From contig JAYZBQ010000085.1 of the NCBI GenBank assembly GCA_036338695.1, positions 1-56,505 on the forward strand: a stretch of 56,505 nucleotides of DNA, written 5' to 3'. Position 1 is the stretch's first letter; each line of letters opens with the position of its first letter. A program made the position numbers and the translations under genes. This stretch comes from Myxococcota bacterium. Its GTDB lineage: Bacteria; Myxococcota; UBA4151. The notes under the pieces are model-generated. The model saw nothing but the letters and a program-made list of their open reading frames with translations. It searched no databases and was not told the origin of the DNA. This document shows positions 1-9,074 of this stretch, piece by piece.

Positions 1-540
1 CTCTTCGCCGAACCGGTGGTGGATAACCGCTTCCTGGCGGCCTACTACGGCGACATGAAGCGCTGGGCGTTTACGCTCCAGCTGGAATTTTTGATCCGCC
101 GGATCGAGCACCATGAGCTGATTCACACCGTACCGAAAGCCTGTGTCCAGGATCGTAGCCTGATCGAGGACCCTGAGATCTTTGCCAAGTACCTGCATGG
201 TCTAGGCAATATGACGGACTCGGAGCTGGATCTGTATCTCGAGTATTTTCGGCGGCTGACTCACGACGTCAGGCAGCCTGATCTCGTGATCTTTTTACGA
301 GGCGACGAGCAGACCTCGATGGAGCGCATCCGCACCCGCGGCCGCAAGGAAGAGGCGGGCATCAGCCTCGAGTTTCTTGCTGGCTTGAGGGCCTATTATG
401 ACACCTTTGAAGGGGTCGCTCGTCATAAGTATGACCTGAACCTCTTGACCATCGATTTGAGCACTTTAGACATGCGCACAGAGGCGGGCGAGCGACAGCT
501 GGTCGCCGCGGTGCGCGAGAAGTTAGGTTGGAGCGACTAA
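1..540 (+). CDS. Deoxynucleoside kinase (dAK/dCK/dGK family), 5'-truncated by the window edge
   Basis: Frame is open from base 1 (LFAEPVVDN...). dNK motifs: EPV, YYxDxxRWAFxLQxxFL, QDRS, PDLVIFL, and lid RIRxRGRxEE. The P-loop lies upstream of the window. Confidence 0.9.
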   Translation, partial: LFAEPVVDNRFLAAYYGDMKRWAFTLQLEFLIRRIEHHELIHTVPKACVQDRSLIEDPEIFAKYLHGLGNMTDSELDLYLEYFRRLTHDVRQPDLVIFLRGDEQTSMERIRTRGRKEEAGISLEFLAGLRAYYDTFEGVARHKYDLNLLTIDLSTLDMRTEAGERQLVAAVREKLGWSD

Positions 541-541
541 A

Positions 542-1243
542 ATGAGCAGCTTAGAGAAGGTTTTGGAGCGTCTGGACCAGCAGCCGGGCGGTGCGGTGGT
601 CTTCGACTTGGATTCGACCTTGTTTGACAACGGCCCACGGACCGTGCGGATCATGCTCGAGTGGGCTCACCACCATCAGCCGCAGCTGGTCGCAGGTATC
701 GAGGCGATGCCGCGCCATCGCATCGCCTACTCGCTGGCTGAAAATGCCGCTCGCGTCGAGGGCTGGAACGAGGCGTGGCTCGAGTCACTCAAGGCGTTTT
801 GGTTCAAGCGCTTCTTCGCCGATGAGTACATTAACTTTGACGAGCCTGTGGACGGCGCGCCGGAGTTCGTGCGCACGTGCCGGGCGCGTGGCGCTCACGT
901 CGTCTACCTGACCGGGCGCGATGTCCCTGGGATGTGGACTGGCACCTGCAACAGCCTCAGGGCCTTCGGGTTCCCCGTCGGCGTTCCCGGCGTTGAGCTG
1001 GTCTTGAAGCCGAACTTCGAGATGGATGATTCGGTCTTCAAAGGTAACGTGATCCCGCAGATCGACGCCTACTGCGCCGGTGGGGTGGTCGCGACCTTTG
1101 AGAACGAGGCCAAGAACCTGATCGTCATGGCGGAGGCTTGGCCTGAGGCGGAGCACATCCTGCTCGACACCAACTGGGACCCACGACACCCCGCGAGCCT
1201 ACGAGACGGTTTCGCCAAGCTGCCCGATTTCCGGATGCGCTAA
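542..1243 (+). CDS. HAD-superfamily hydrolase (acid phosphatase-like)
   Basis: Motif I VFDLDSTLFD, motif II YLTGR, Lys in VFK and acidic FENE motif. Starts 1 nt after the kinase stop. Confidence 0.8.
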   Translation: MSSLEKVLERLDQQPGGAVVFDLDSTLFDNGPRTVRIMLEWAHHHQPQLVAGIEAMPRHRIAYSLAENAARVEGWNEAWLESLKAFWFKRFFADEYINFDEPVDGAPEFVRTCRARGAHVVYLTGRDVPGMWTGTCNSLRAFGFPVGVPGVELVLKPNFEMDDSVFKGNVIPQIDAYCAGGVVATFENEAKNLIVMAEAWPEAEHILLDTNWDPRHPASLRDGFAKLPDFRMR

Positions 1244-1250
1244 AAACGAA

Positions 1251-1276
1251 CGAGGAGCCCGTCGCAGGGCTCCTCG
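1251..1276. terminator. GC-rich hairpin between convergent genes (probable terminator)
   Basis: CGAGGAGCCC-gtcgca-GGGCTCCTCG, a perfect 10-bp stem. An A-run at 1242-1246 would give a U-tract on the minus strand. Confidence 0.7.
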
Positions 1277-1303
1277 CTCGCTCACGTTTGTAAGCCGCGG
1301 CGA

Positions 1304-2695
1304 CTAGAAGTCGTCGTCGGAGTCCGTGTCCCGAGAGCGGGAGCGGCGAGCCGGCTCTTCATCCGAGTCGTCGTCGCTCGAGCGTGAGCGACGTGCAGGC
1401 TCGTCATCAACCGGCTCGGGCGCCGGGGCACGCTCAATGCGAGATGAGCGACGCGACGAGCCCGAGCGCTTAGCCTGACCAAAGCTGTAGGTCGCCGAGA
1501 CCATCGCAAAGGGCGCATCCTGCCACAGGAAGTACAGGCTCCCTTGGTTTAGGGTCGCGTCGATTTGGAGCTTGTCGAAGTTGAAGCCGAGCCCCGCGTT
1601 CCAGCCAAAGTCGGGCTCATAGTTCATGGTATTCGCCGCGTTGTCGCCGTTGAAGCCGTAGACGGTCGTGCTCTTGAAGCTGTAGTCCATGCCGACGCGG
1701 GTGGTGACCCATGGGCGGACGTTGTACTCAGCCGACATCCGAATACCCGGAAGGATCATCTCCGAGGTCGTGGTCGTGTCGTTGGTCGCGTCCGGGTGGT
1801 TATCGGGGTCGACGAAGAGCGAGCCCACGTTCAAGACCGCGTAGGCGGCGACGAGGGGACCGTCGTCAATCTTGACCCGGGGACCGACCCCGAGCGTGAC
1901 GTTGCTGCGGTTCCACACGCCCGTGATCGGATCTTCCGGCGTGTTGTCGATCTTCCAGCCGCTGCCGATGTTCAGCCCAAGGAAGGCTCCGAGGTCGAGC
2001 CCTTTACCGAGGTTGAAGTAGGCGCGCGATGAGAGCCCGAAGTTTTGATCCGAGCCCTGAAAGTTGGTGGTGTTGTCGTCGACGGTCGTTCCGCTCGCCA
2101 GCACGATATGCGCTGCGTTGTCGAGGTGCAGGGAGCCGCTGCGGTAGGTCGCACCGAGTCGGATGTTGAAGGCGTTTTGACTGTTGGAGTCGTCGAGCGT
2201 GTCGACGTTGTCACCGTCCGGGACCTCGTTCCGCGCCCAGATCAAGCCCTGCCCGATGCCGAGCCGCAGGCCGAGGCTAAGCTGCTCGGAGAGCTTCATG
2301 CCAAAGAAGCCGTCGAAGCGCTCGATCGGCGCGCCGCCAATGCCAGCCTCATCCGGCAGCGCCAGACCAAAGCCCGACTGGCCGTCTCGCTCGCGGTTGC
2401 GGTTGCCCCAGCCGACGATCATCTGCTCTTGCGGGCCGCGATGAATGGCGACGCCGAACGTCATGTTGTCATCACCCATGGTGAAGAACCCGCCGCCGAG
2501 TCCCTCTGCCATCCCCAAGTCAACGGTCAGGCGGTTTTTGTACAGGTGCACATCTTGGGGAAACAAGAAGGCGTCGTCCGCATCTTGGATCAGGTCGTTA
2601 CCCGCCAAGCTGGTGCGACGGTCTGCCTGCGCGCTGGCGCTGTACAGCAGCAGCCCTGCGGTGAGACAAGCGCCGGTTAATCGGTTCAATTTCAT
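1304..2695 (-). CDS. Outer-membrane beta-barrel (porin-like) protein with a charged low-complexity C-terminal tail
   Basis: Signal peptide ending AQA. Many amphipathic Gly/aromatic strands (e.g. GWNAGLGFNF, MVSATYSF). 58-aa R/S/D-rich tail. Confidence 0.7.
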   Translation of the reverse strand: MKLNRLTGACLTAGLLLYSASAQADRRTSLAGNDLIQDADDAFLFPQDVHLYKNRLTVDLGMAEGLGGGFFTMGDDNMTFGVAIHRGPQEQMIVGWGNRNRERDGQSGFGLALPDEAGIGGAPIERFDGFFGMKLSEQLSLGLRLGIGQGLIWARNEVPDGDNVDTLDDSNSQNAFNIRLGATYRSGSLHLDNAAHIVLASGTTVDDNTTNFQGSDQNFGLSSRAYFNLGKGLDLGAFLGLNIGSGWKIDNTPEDPITGVWNRSNVTLGVGPRVKIDDGPLVAAYAVLNVGSLFVDPDNHPDATNDTTTTSEMILPGIRMSAEYNVRPWVTTRVGMDYSFKSTTVYGFNGDNAANTMNYEPDFGWNAGLGFNFDKLQIDATLNQGSLYFLWQDAPFAMVSATYSFGQAKRSGSSRRSSRIERAPAPEPVDDEPARRSRSSDDDSDEEPARRSRSRDTDSDDDF

Positions 2696-2809
2696 GGAGT
2701 TCCTCCCGTGGAATGCTCGGACGCTGCGACGGGCGCTCGCGCGCTGTCAAGTTCGCGCGAGCGCACACCGTGCGTTGGTGATAGGAGCACTCTAGAGGAG
2801 GGACCCGTT

Positions 2810-4252
2810 TTGAGCAAAATCCTGACCGATGCGGTCGAGCGTTTGAGAGGGGCGGGGGTCGACTTCGGTGACGTGCGCCAGGTGGAGCGATCGACGGAGT
2901 GGATCACCGCCAAGGGCGAGCGGATCGACACGCACAGCGTGAGCGATGAGCGCGGGGTCTGTGTGCGCGCGGCGGTTGACGGTCGCTGGGGCTGCGCCGC
3001 CGGTGTGGTCACCGACGCCGGCTCCGCAGTGCGGTTGGCCGAGCAGGCGGTGGTGCAGGCGAAGCGGCGAGCGGCGGTCGAGGGGCGTGGTCCCGAGGTG
3101 GTGGATCGAGGAACCTTCGAGGGGCGCTGGGCGAGCCCCATGGTGGAGGACCCGGCGAGCGTCAGCGACGCCGAGAAGTACGACCTCTTGCTGGAGGCGA
3201 CCGCCGAGATGAGTCGAGAGGCGCAGGTGCGGCAGGCCAAGGCGACGATGGTCTTTGAGGCGACCGACAGCCTGACCTACACGACCTCTGGGAGCCGTTT
3301 CGAGCAACGCACTCAGCGCAGCGGCGCAGGGATCGAGGCGATCGCCGTGAGCGATTCGGGTGAGGTCCAAAACAGGACCTATCCCAAAGGTCACGAGGGT
3401 GGTGTCTCGCAGGCGGGTTACGAGGCGGTCCGGGCGCTGGATCTCGTCGCCAACGCACCGCGGATCGCCTCCGAGGCGGCGCAGCTGCTGACAGCCCCGC
3501 TCATGCCGGACCTAGCGACGACGATTATCTTGCACGGTTCGCAGCTCAGTTTGCAGGTCCATGAGAGCGTAGGGCACCCGCTCGAGCTCGACCGTGTACT
3601 GGGCGATGAGATCAGCCTAGCGGGCGGCTCCTTCATGCAGCGTGAGCGCCTCGGTACACGCTACGGCTCGGAGTTGGTGAACCTCGTGAGTGACCCGACG
3701 ACACCGGGTGCGCTGGGCTCGTATGGCTGGGACGAGGAGGGGCAGCCAGCCCACCGCTTTGACCTGGTCCGAGACGGTGAGTTCAAAGGCTACCTGTCCG
3801 GTCGCTTCAGCTCCGGCCGAGCCGATCTGCCGAGCGCCGGGACGGCGCGATCGGATGGCTGGGCGGGGTACCCGATCGACCGCATGGCGAACGTCGACCT
3901 CGAGCCGGGGACAGCGGGCACGCTCGAGCAGCTCATCGCCGACACCGAGTCGGGCTTCTTGCTCTCGAACAACCGCTCCTGGTCGATCGATCAGCTGCGG
4001 CTGAACTTTCAGTTTGGCTGCGAGATCGCCTGGGAGATCAAAGACGGTCAGCTTGGGCAGATGTACCGCAACCCGCTCTACGTCGGAAACACCCCGGAAT
4101 TTTGGGGGAACTGTGACGCCATCTGTGGGCCGGAAGCCTGGCAGAGCTGGGGTTGGTTCTTCTGCGGGAAGGGCGACCCGATGCAGATCGCGCACGTGGG
4201 GCACGGGGTTGCGCCGGCTCGCTTTCGCAACATCCGAGTTCGGAGCGCCTAG
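2810..4252 (+). CDS. tldD: TldD-family metalloprotease subunit
   Basis: HESVGHPLE (HExxxH), DEEG, RMAN and C-terminal CGKG motifs. TTG start at 2810 preceded by GAGGAGG is preferred over the ORF-track start at 2708. Confidence 0.9.
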   Translation: MSKILTDAVERLRGAGVDFGDVRQVERSTEWITAKGERIDTHSVSDERGVCVRAAVDGRWGCAAGVVTDAGSAVRLAEQAVVQAKRRAAVEGRGPEVVDRGTFEGRWASPMVEDPASVSDAEKYDLLLEATAEMSREAQVRQAKATMVFEATDSLTYTTSGSRFEQRTQRSGAGIEAIAVSDSGEVQNRTYPKGHEGGVSQAGYEAVRALDLVANAPRIASEAAQLLTAPLMPDLATTIILHGSQLSLQVHESVGHPLELDRVLGDEISLAGGSFMQRERLGTRYGSELVNLVSDPTTPGALGSYGWDEEGQPAHRFDLVRDGEFKGYLSGRFSSGRADLPSAGTARSDGWAGYPIDRMANVDLEPGTAGTLEQLIADTESGFLLSNNRSWSIDQLRLNFQFGCEIAWEIKDGQLGQMYRNPLYVGNTPEFWGNCDAICGPEAWQSWGWFFCGKGDPMQIAHVGHGVAPARFRNIRVRSA

Positions 4253-4255
4253 AGT

Positions 4256-5593
4256 ATGAACGATCAAGATATCGCAAAACACGTCGCTCAGCTGGCGAGC
4301 CACCCGACCGACGTGACCGTCGAGCACAGTCGCATGCATCACCTCCGCTACGGCGGCGGTGAGGTCGTCTTGGACCAAACCGTCGAGCACCGCAGCGTGA
4401 GCATCAGGACGCTGGTAGACGGTCACCTGGGCATCGTGCACTCCGAGCGCGTGGACCCCAGCGCGCTCGAGCGCGCCGTGGGGCGGGCGGTGAGCCTGGC
4501 ACAAGCCAAGCGTGGCCCCAAAGAGCTCGACGCGTTGCCAGACCCCGAAGCGCTGGGTGATCATGACAGCCGCGATCATGCGCTGCTCGATTGGACCGAT
4601 GAGGGTAAGCACGCCGCCGTCGTCGACCAGCTGCGGCGCGGACGAGCCGCTGGGTTGGTCTTGGCGGGGTCGGTCTCGAGCGGGAGCACGCGGCGGACGT
4701 TGTTGAGCAGCCGAGGGGCGCTGATGAGCCAGGAGGGCACCGTCGCTAAGGCACAGTTTATCAGCCAGAGTGACGTAGCCTCCGGGTACAGCCACGCCAT
4801 CAGCGCCGACCTGGCTCACCTTGACTTGCCATCGCTCTGCGGCTCGTCGATTGAGAAGGCTCAGCTGGCGAGCCGCCGAGTGTCGCTGGACGTCGGGCGC
4901 TACGACGTCGTGCTCGAGCCGCACGCGGTCGCCGAGCTCTTGGAGTGGATGTGCGGGATCGCCTTTACGGCGCAAAGCGTTGAGGACGGGACCTCGTTCC
5001 TCAAGGGGGACCCGGGTGCGCAGGTGACCGGCTCGAACATCACCCTTTTTGACGACGCCAGCCGCCCCTTTGGCTTGGGCTTGAGCACGTTGTTTGACGG
5101 GGAGGGCAAGCGGCCTGAGCGCGTCACGTTCATCGACCAAGGACGCGGCGGTGACGTGGTCTACTCAGCCGCCTCGGCGGCGCGTAAGGGCTGCGCCTCG
5201 ACGGGGCACTCGGACGGTTCGGGTGGCGAGCAGATCAATCACCTGCACATGCTCGGCGGGACGAACACCTTGAGCGAGCTCGTGGGCGGGCTGGAGCGCG
5301 GGATCTGGGTGAACCGCTTTCACTACGTCAACGGGCTGCTCGATCCGCCGAAAGCGACCATGACGGGCTTGACGCGCGACGGCTGTTTGTACGTCGAAGA
5401 CGGGCAGCCGGTCGGAGGCTTTGCGACGATGCGTTTCACCGAGTCGATCCTCGAAGCCTTCAGCCGCTGCGATGGACTCACCGAGGTGCTCACGGCGGTC
5501 TCGAGTGGTTGGCGAGATGGCGGTGCGCTCGTCGTTCCTGCGTTGCTGCTGCGCGACTTCCACTTCACCAGCAAGCAGGGGGAGAGCCCCTGA
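4256..5593 (+). CDS. TldE/PmbA-family subunit
   Basis: Follows tldD by 3 nt. YDVVLEP, FDGEG, STGH and TGLTRDG motifs; lacks HExxxH, as expected for PmbA/TldE. Confidence 0.85.
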   Translation: MNDQDIAKHVAQLASHPTDVTVEHSRMHHLRYGGGEVVLDQTVEHRSVSIRTLVDGHLGIVHSERVDPSALERAVGRAVSLAQAKRGPKELDALPDPEALGDHDSRDHALLDWTDEGKHAAVVDQLRRGRAAGLVLAGSVSSGSTRRTLLSSRGALMSQEGTVAKAQFISQSDVASGYSHAISADLAHLDLPSLCGSSIEKAQLASRRVSLDVGRYDVVLEPHAVAELLEWMCGIAFTAQSVEDGTSFLKGDPGAQVTGSNITLFDDASRPFGLGLSTLFDGEGKRPERVTFIDQGRGGDVVYSAASAARKGCASTGHSDGSGGEQINHLHMLGGTNTLSELVGGLERGIWVNRFHYVNGLLDPPKATMTGLTRDGCLYVEDGQPVGGFATMRFTESILEAFSRCDGLTEVLTAVSSGWRDGGALVVPALLLRDFHFTSKQGESP

Positions 5594-6216
5594 TCACCTG
5601 GTGGATTGCGCAGGCTCTGATGCTGAGCCCGGCGGGCGCTGTTCCGCCCCTTCCACCGCCACCCGCCGTGGGCGCGTGGGTGGACTACGACTGGCAAACC
5701 CCAGGGCAGCCGAAGAGTCGGCTGCGCTACGCCGTGGTCGCAGGCGATGCCTCCGGGCGGCGACGCATCGAGATCACGGTGCTCAAGGGCGATCAGCTCG
5801 CCCGGTTTGGCTACGACCTTCTCGCTGACGGCAGCCGGGAGCGCCAGGTCGCCCAGTTCGGCGCGCAAGGACCGGTCGTGCTCATGCCGACGGCGCCCGT
5901 CGACCTGCCGGAACTCCCGAGCGTCGATAGCCCCAAGCCCTCGCCTGCGAAGAGCGCATGGCGGCGCCTACGCGTCCCGGCGGGGACGTTTCGATGCCAA
6001 GAGATCAGGAGCGTTCAGGGCGTCGCCTGCATCGATCCGGGGCTGATGCCGATGAACTTAGTCCGCTTCGAGGGCAAGGCCGCTGGCCGGATGGTGCTGA
6101 TGGCGCGCGGCTTTGACGCCCAGCCGCAGATCGTCGGGACGCCGCGCCCGCTGCCGCAGCTTGACCCGTCGATGATCCCGGCGCAGCCCGGTCGGCGCGG
6201 GCTGCCTCAGCCTTAG
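5590..6216 (+). CDS. Hypothetical exported protein with a VPAGTF motif
   Basis: Fills the tldE-polA gap. Hydrophobic N-terminus, Pro-rich linkers and RVPAGTFRC motif. Start is uncertain (CTG 5590 overlapping the tldE stop, or ATG 5620). Confidence 0.6.
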   Translation: MITWWIAQALMLSPAGAVPPLPPPPAVGAWVDYDWQTPGQPKSRLRYAVVAGDASGRRRIEITVLKGDQLARFGYDLLADGSRERQVAQFGAQGPVVLMPTAPVDLPELPSVDSPKPSPAKSAWRRLRVPAGTFRCQEIRSVQGVACIDPGLMPMNLVRFEGKAAGRMVLMARGFDAQPQIVGTPRPLPQLDPSMIPAQPGRRGLPQP

Positions 6217-6289
6217 GCCGATGATCAGGCACCCAAAGGGCTTCACGCGCCGCTGAGGTCTGCTAAGCGCACTCTAGGGGAGATGATCT

Positions 6290-9025
6290 TTGAACAAGCA
6301 GCCGACACTTATTCTCGTTGATGGCTCAGGGTATATCTTCCGGGGCTACTTTGCGATCCGCTCCATGACCGCCTCCGATGGGACACCCGTCAACGCCGTT
6401 TTTGGTTACTCGAGCATGATCTTGTCGTTGCTCGCCGATTTTGAACCCGAGCAGATCGTGGTCGCCTTTGACACCAAGGGTCCTGGGTTCCGGAACGAGA
6501 TCTACCCCGACTACAAAGCCAACCGGCCGCCGGCGCCCGAGGATCTGGTCCCACAGTTTGCGCTCATTCGAGAGGCGACCGAGGTCTTTGGTTTGCATCA
6601 GGTGGAAGCGGCAGGTTGGGAGGCGGATGACCTCATCGCCACCGCCGCTGCGAGAGCCGTGGAGGCGGGTCAAGAGGTCGTGATCGTGTCCGCCGACAAG
6701 GACCTGATGCAGCTGATTCGGCCGGGGGTGCGTATGCTCGACCCGATGAAGCGACGCTGGATCGATGAGGAGGTCGTACGCGAGAAGTTCGGCTGCCGGC
6801 CGGACCAAGTCATTGAGGTTCAAGCGCTGGCGGGCGACAGCTCGGATAATGTCCCGGGCGTGCACGGTATTGGCGTCAAAACGGCTGCCCTCTTACTCGA
6901 AGAACACGGGACCCTCGAGGGGATCCTCGAGGCGGCGAATGCGGTCGACGACAAAGGGAAACCGCTGATCAAGCAGACCAAGCGGCGCGAGCGCCTGCAA
7001 GAGCAGGCCGAGCTCGCACGGATTTCGCTCGAACTGGTCCGCCTTCGGGACGACGGCCCGCTCGAGTATGACACCGACGCTTTTCACTGGAGCGGGCTGG
7101 ACCCGGCGCGCGTGGCGCCCTTCTTTGACCGGCTCGGGTTTCGCCGTCTCCAGCGCCACCGGCTGCTCAGCGAGGCTAGGCAGCGCCAGGTCGCTGAAGC
7201 CGTCTCGAGCGGTGGTCTGGACCGCTCGGGTTATCGTCTGGTTCAAGACGCAAAGGCGCTTTTGCAAGTGTGCGATGCGATCCGGCAGGCGGGCGCCTTT
7301 GCGTGGGATACCGAGACGACCGGCTTGAACCCAGCCACCGATCACATGGTCGGCTTGAGCCTCGCTTGGGGGCCGGGTGAGGCGGTCTACGTTCCCTTTG
7401 ACCACGTCGATGAGCACGGCGAGCGGCGCACGGACCAGCTGGAGTGGCGGATGGTGCGCAGCCTGGTCGGACGCCTCCTGACGGACGATCGACTGCGGCA
7501 GTTCGCGCAGAATTGGAAGTTCGATGCGCGCATGATGAGCGCAGCGGGTCTGCAGGTGAAGGCGCCTGATGGGGACCCGATGATCGCCGGCTATCTGCTC
7601 GACCCGGTCGCCCGCAACGTCAAGCTCGACGATCTGGCGCGTGTTCGGCTCGGACACGAGATGCTGCCCTATGCGGCCGTCGCGGGGGAGCTCCCGCATT
7701 TTGGCTACGTCGACTTGGAGAAGGCCTGCGCCTACGCAGCCGAGGACGCCGACGCAACGCTCAGGCTGGCGCTGCATATGGAGCCGGAGCTGCGGGCGAA
7801 GGGGCTTAGCAAGCTCTACGACGAGGTGGAGCTGCCCTTGAGCCGCGTCCTGAGCCGAATGGAGGACGTGGGCATCGGGCTGAACCTCGATGTGCTGACC
7901 GAGCTGAGCGCTGAGCTCGCTGAGCGTCTCGCGTCGGCGCAGCAGCGAGCCCACGAACTGGCTGGGGTCGAGTTCAATTTGGGCTCGCCGAAACAGGTCG
8001 GTGAGGTCTTGTTCGAGCGGCTTGAATTGCCGGTCATCAAGAAGACCAAATCGGGGCCATCGACCGACGCCTCGGTGCTCGATAAGCTGGCGACGCAGGG
8101 GCACGAGCTACCCAAGGTGCTGCTGGAGTGGCGCCACGACGCGAAGCTCCGAAGCACCTACGCCGAGGTGCTGCCCAAGGCGGTCGGCGTCGACGGGCGC
8201 TTGCACACACGCTACCTCCAGACCCGCACGGCGACCGGTCGGCTGGCGTCGGCCGACCCGAATCTGCAGAACATCCCCATCAAGACCGCAGAGGGCCGGC
8301 GGGTGCGTCAGGCGTTTAGCGCCGGGGCGGGTAAGGTGTTGGTTTCGGCTGATTACAGCCAGGTTGAGCTGCGCGTCTTGGCTCATATGAGCGAAGACAA
8401 AATCCTGATCGACGCCTTCAGTCAGGGACAGGATATCCATCGGCGGACCGCCTCGGAGCTGTTTGGGGTGCCGCCGCTGCTGGTCACACCCGAGCAGCGC
8501 CGTGACGCCAAGGCGATCAACTTTGGGATCGTTTACGGTATGGGTGCGTTTCGTCTGGCCGCCGAGCTCGGGATCGATCGCAAGCAAGCGCGCGACTACC
8601 TCGAGACGTTCCACGAGCGTTACGCCGGCGTGCGTCGCTTTCATGAGACCTGCATCAAGCAAGCTCATGCCGACGGCGTCGCAGTGACGCTCTACGGCCG
8701 AGTCCGGCCTATTCCGGAGATGCGTTCAAGCTCGCAGCGTGAGGTGGCTCAAGGGGAGCGGATCGCCATCAACACCCCGGTTCAAGGGACCGCCGCCGAC
8801 ATCCTCAAGATCGCCATGGTGGCGCTGAACCAGCGCATCGAGGCGGAGTGCCCCGATGCGCAGATGTTGCTGACCGTCCACGATGAGTTGGTGCTGGAGG
8901 TGCCGCAGGATCGACTGGAGCAGACGCTCGGAATGGTCCGCGAGGTGATGGAAGGGGCGGTGTCTTTACGCGTGCCGCTCGTCGTCGACGTGGGTTACGG
9001 GAGCCACTGGGGCGAGGCGCACTGA
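6290..9025 (+). CDS. polA: DNA polymerase I
   Basis: 5'-3' exonuclease (LVDGS, YKANR, EADD, GDSSDNVPGV), 3'-5' exonuclease (DTETTGL, YAAEDAD), polymerase motifs A (DYSQVELR), B (AKAINFGIVYG) and C (VHDEL). Confidence 0.98.
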   Translation: MNKQPTLILVDGSGYIFRGYFAIRSMTASDGTPVNAVFGYSSMILSLLADFEPEQIVVAFDTKGPGFRNEIYPDYKANRPPAPEDLVPQFALIREATEVFGLHQVEAAGWEADDLIATAAARAVEAGQEVVIVSADKDLMQLIRPGVRMLDPMKRRWIDEEVVREKFGCRPDQVIEVQALAGDSSDNVPGVHGIGVKTAALLLEEHGTLEGILEAANAVDDKGKPLIKQTKRRERLQEQAELARISLELVRLRDDGPLEYDTDAFHWSGLDPARVAPFFDRLGFRRLQRHRLLSEARQRQVAEAVSSGGLDRSGYRLVQDAKALLQVCDAIRQAGAFAWDTETTGLNPATDHMVGLSLAWGPGEAVYVPFDHVDEHGERRTDQLEWRMVRSLVGRLLTDDRLRQFAQNWKFDARMMSAAGLQVKAPDGDPMIAGYLLDPVARNVKLDDLARVRLGHEMLPYAAVAGELPHFGYVDLEKACAYAAEDADATLRLALHMEPELRAKGLSKLYDEVELPLSRVLSRMEDVGIGLNLDVLTELSAELAERLASAQQRAHELAGVEFNLGSPKQVGEVLFERLELPVIKKTKSGPSTDASVLDKLATQGHELPKVLLEWRHDAKLRSTYAEVLPKAVGVDGRLHTRYLQTRTATGRLASADPNLQNIPIKTAEGRRVRQAFSAGAGKVLVSADYSQVELRVLAHMSEDKILIDAFSQGQDIHRRTASELFGVPPLLVTPEQRRDAKAINFGIVYGMGAFRLAAELGIDRKQARDYLETFHERYAGVRRFHETCIKQAHADGVAVTLYGRVRPIPEMRSSSQREVAQGERIAINTPVQGTAADILKIAMVALNQRIEAECPDAQMLLTVHDELVLEVPQDRLEQTLGMVREVMEGAVSLRVPLVVDVGYGSHWGEAH

Positions 9026-9074
9026 ATTGGCGGGCGCCCTGAAACTGCGGCAAACTTTGGGGCGGAGAAGACCG

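Noticed and set aside
2810..5593. TldD/TldE as part of a RiPP (microcin-type) cluster
   Set aside because: No precursor peptide, YcaO or other modifying enzyme, or transporter nearby; looks like the housekeeping pair.
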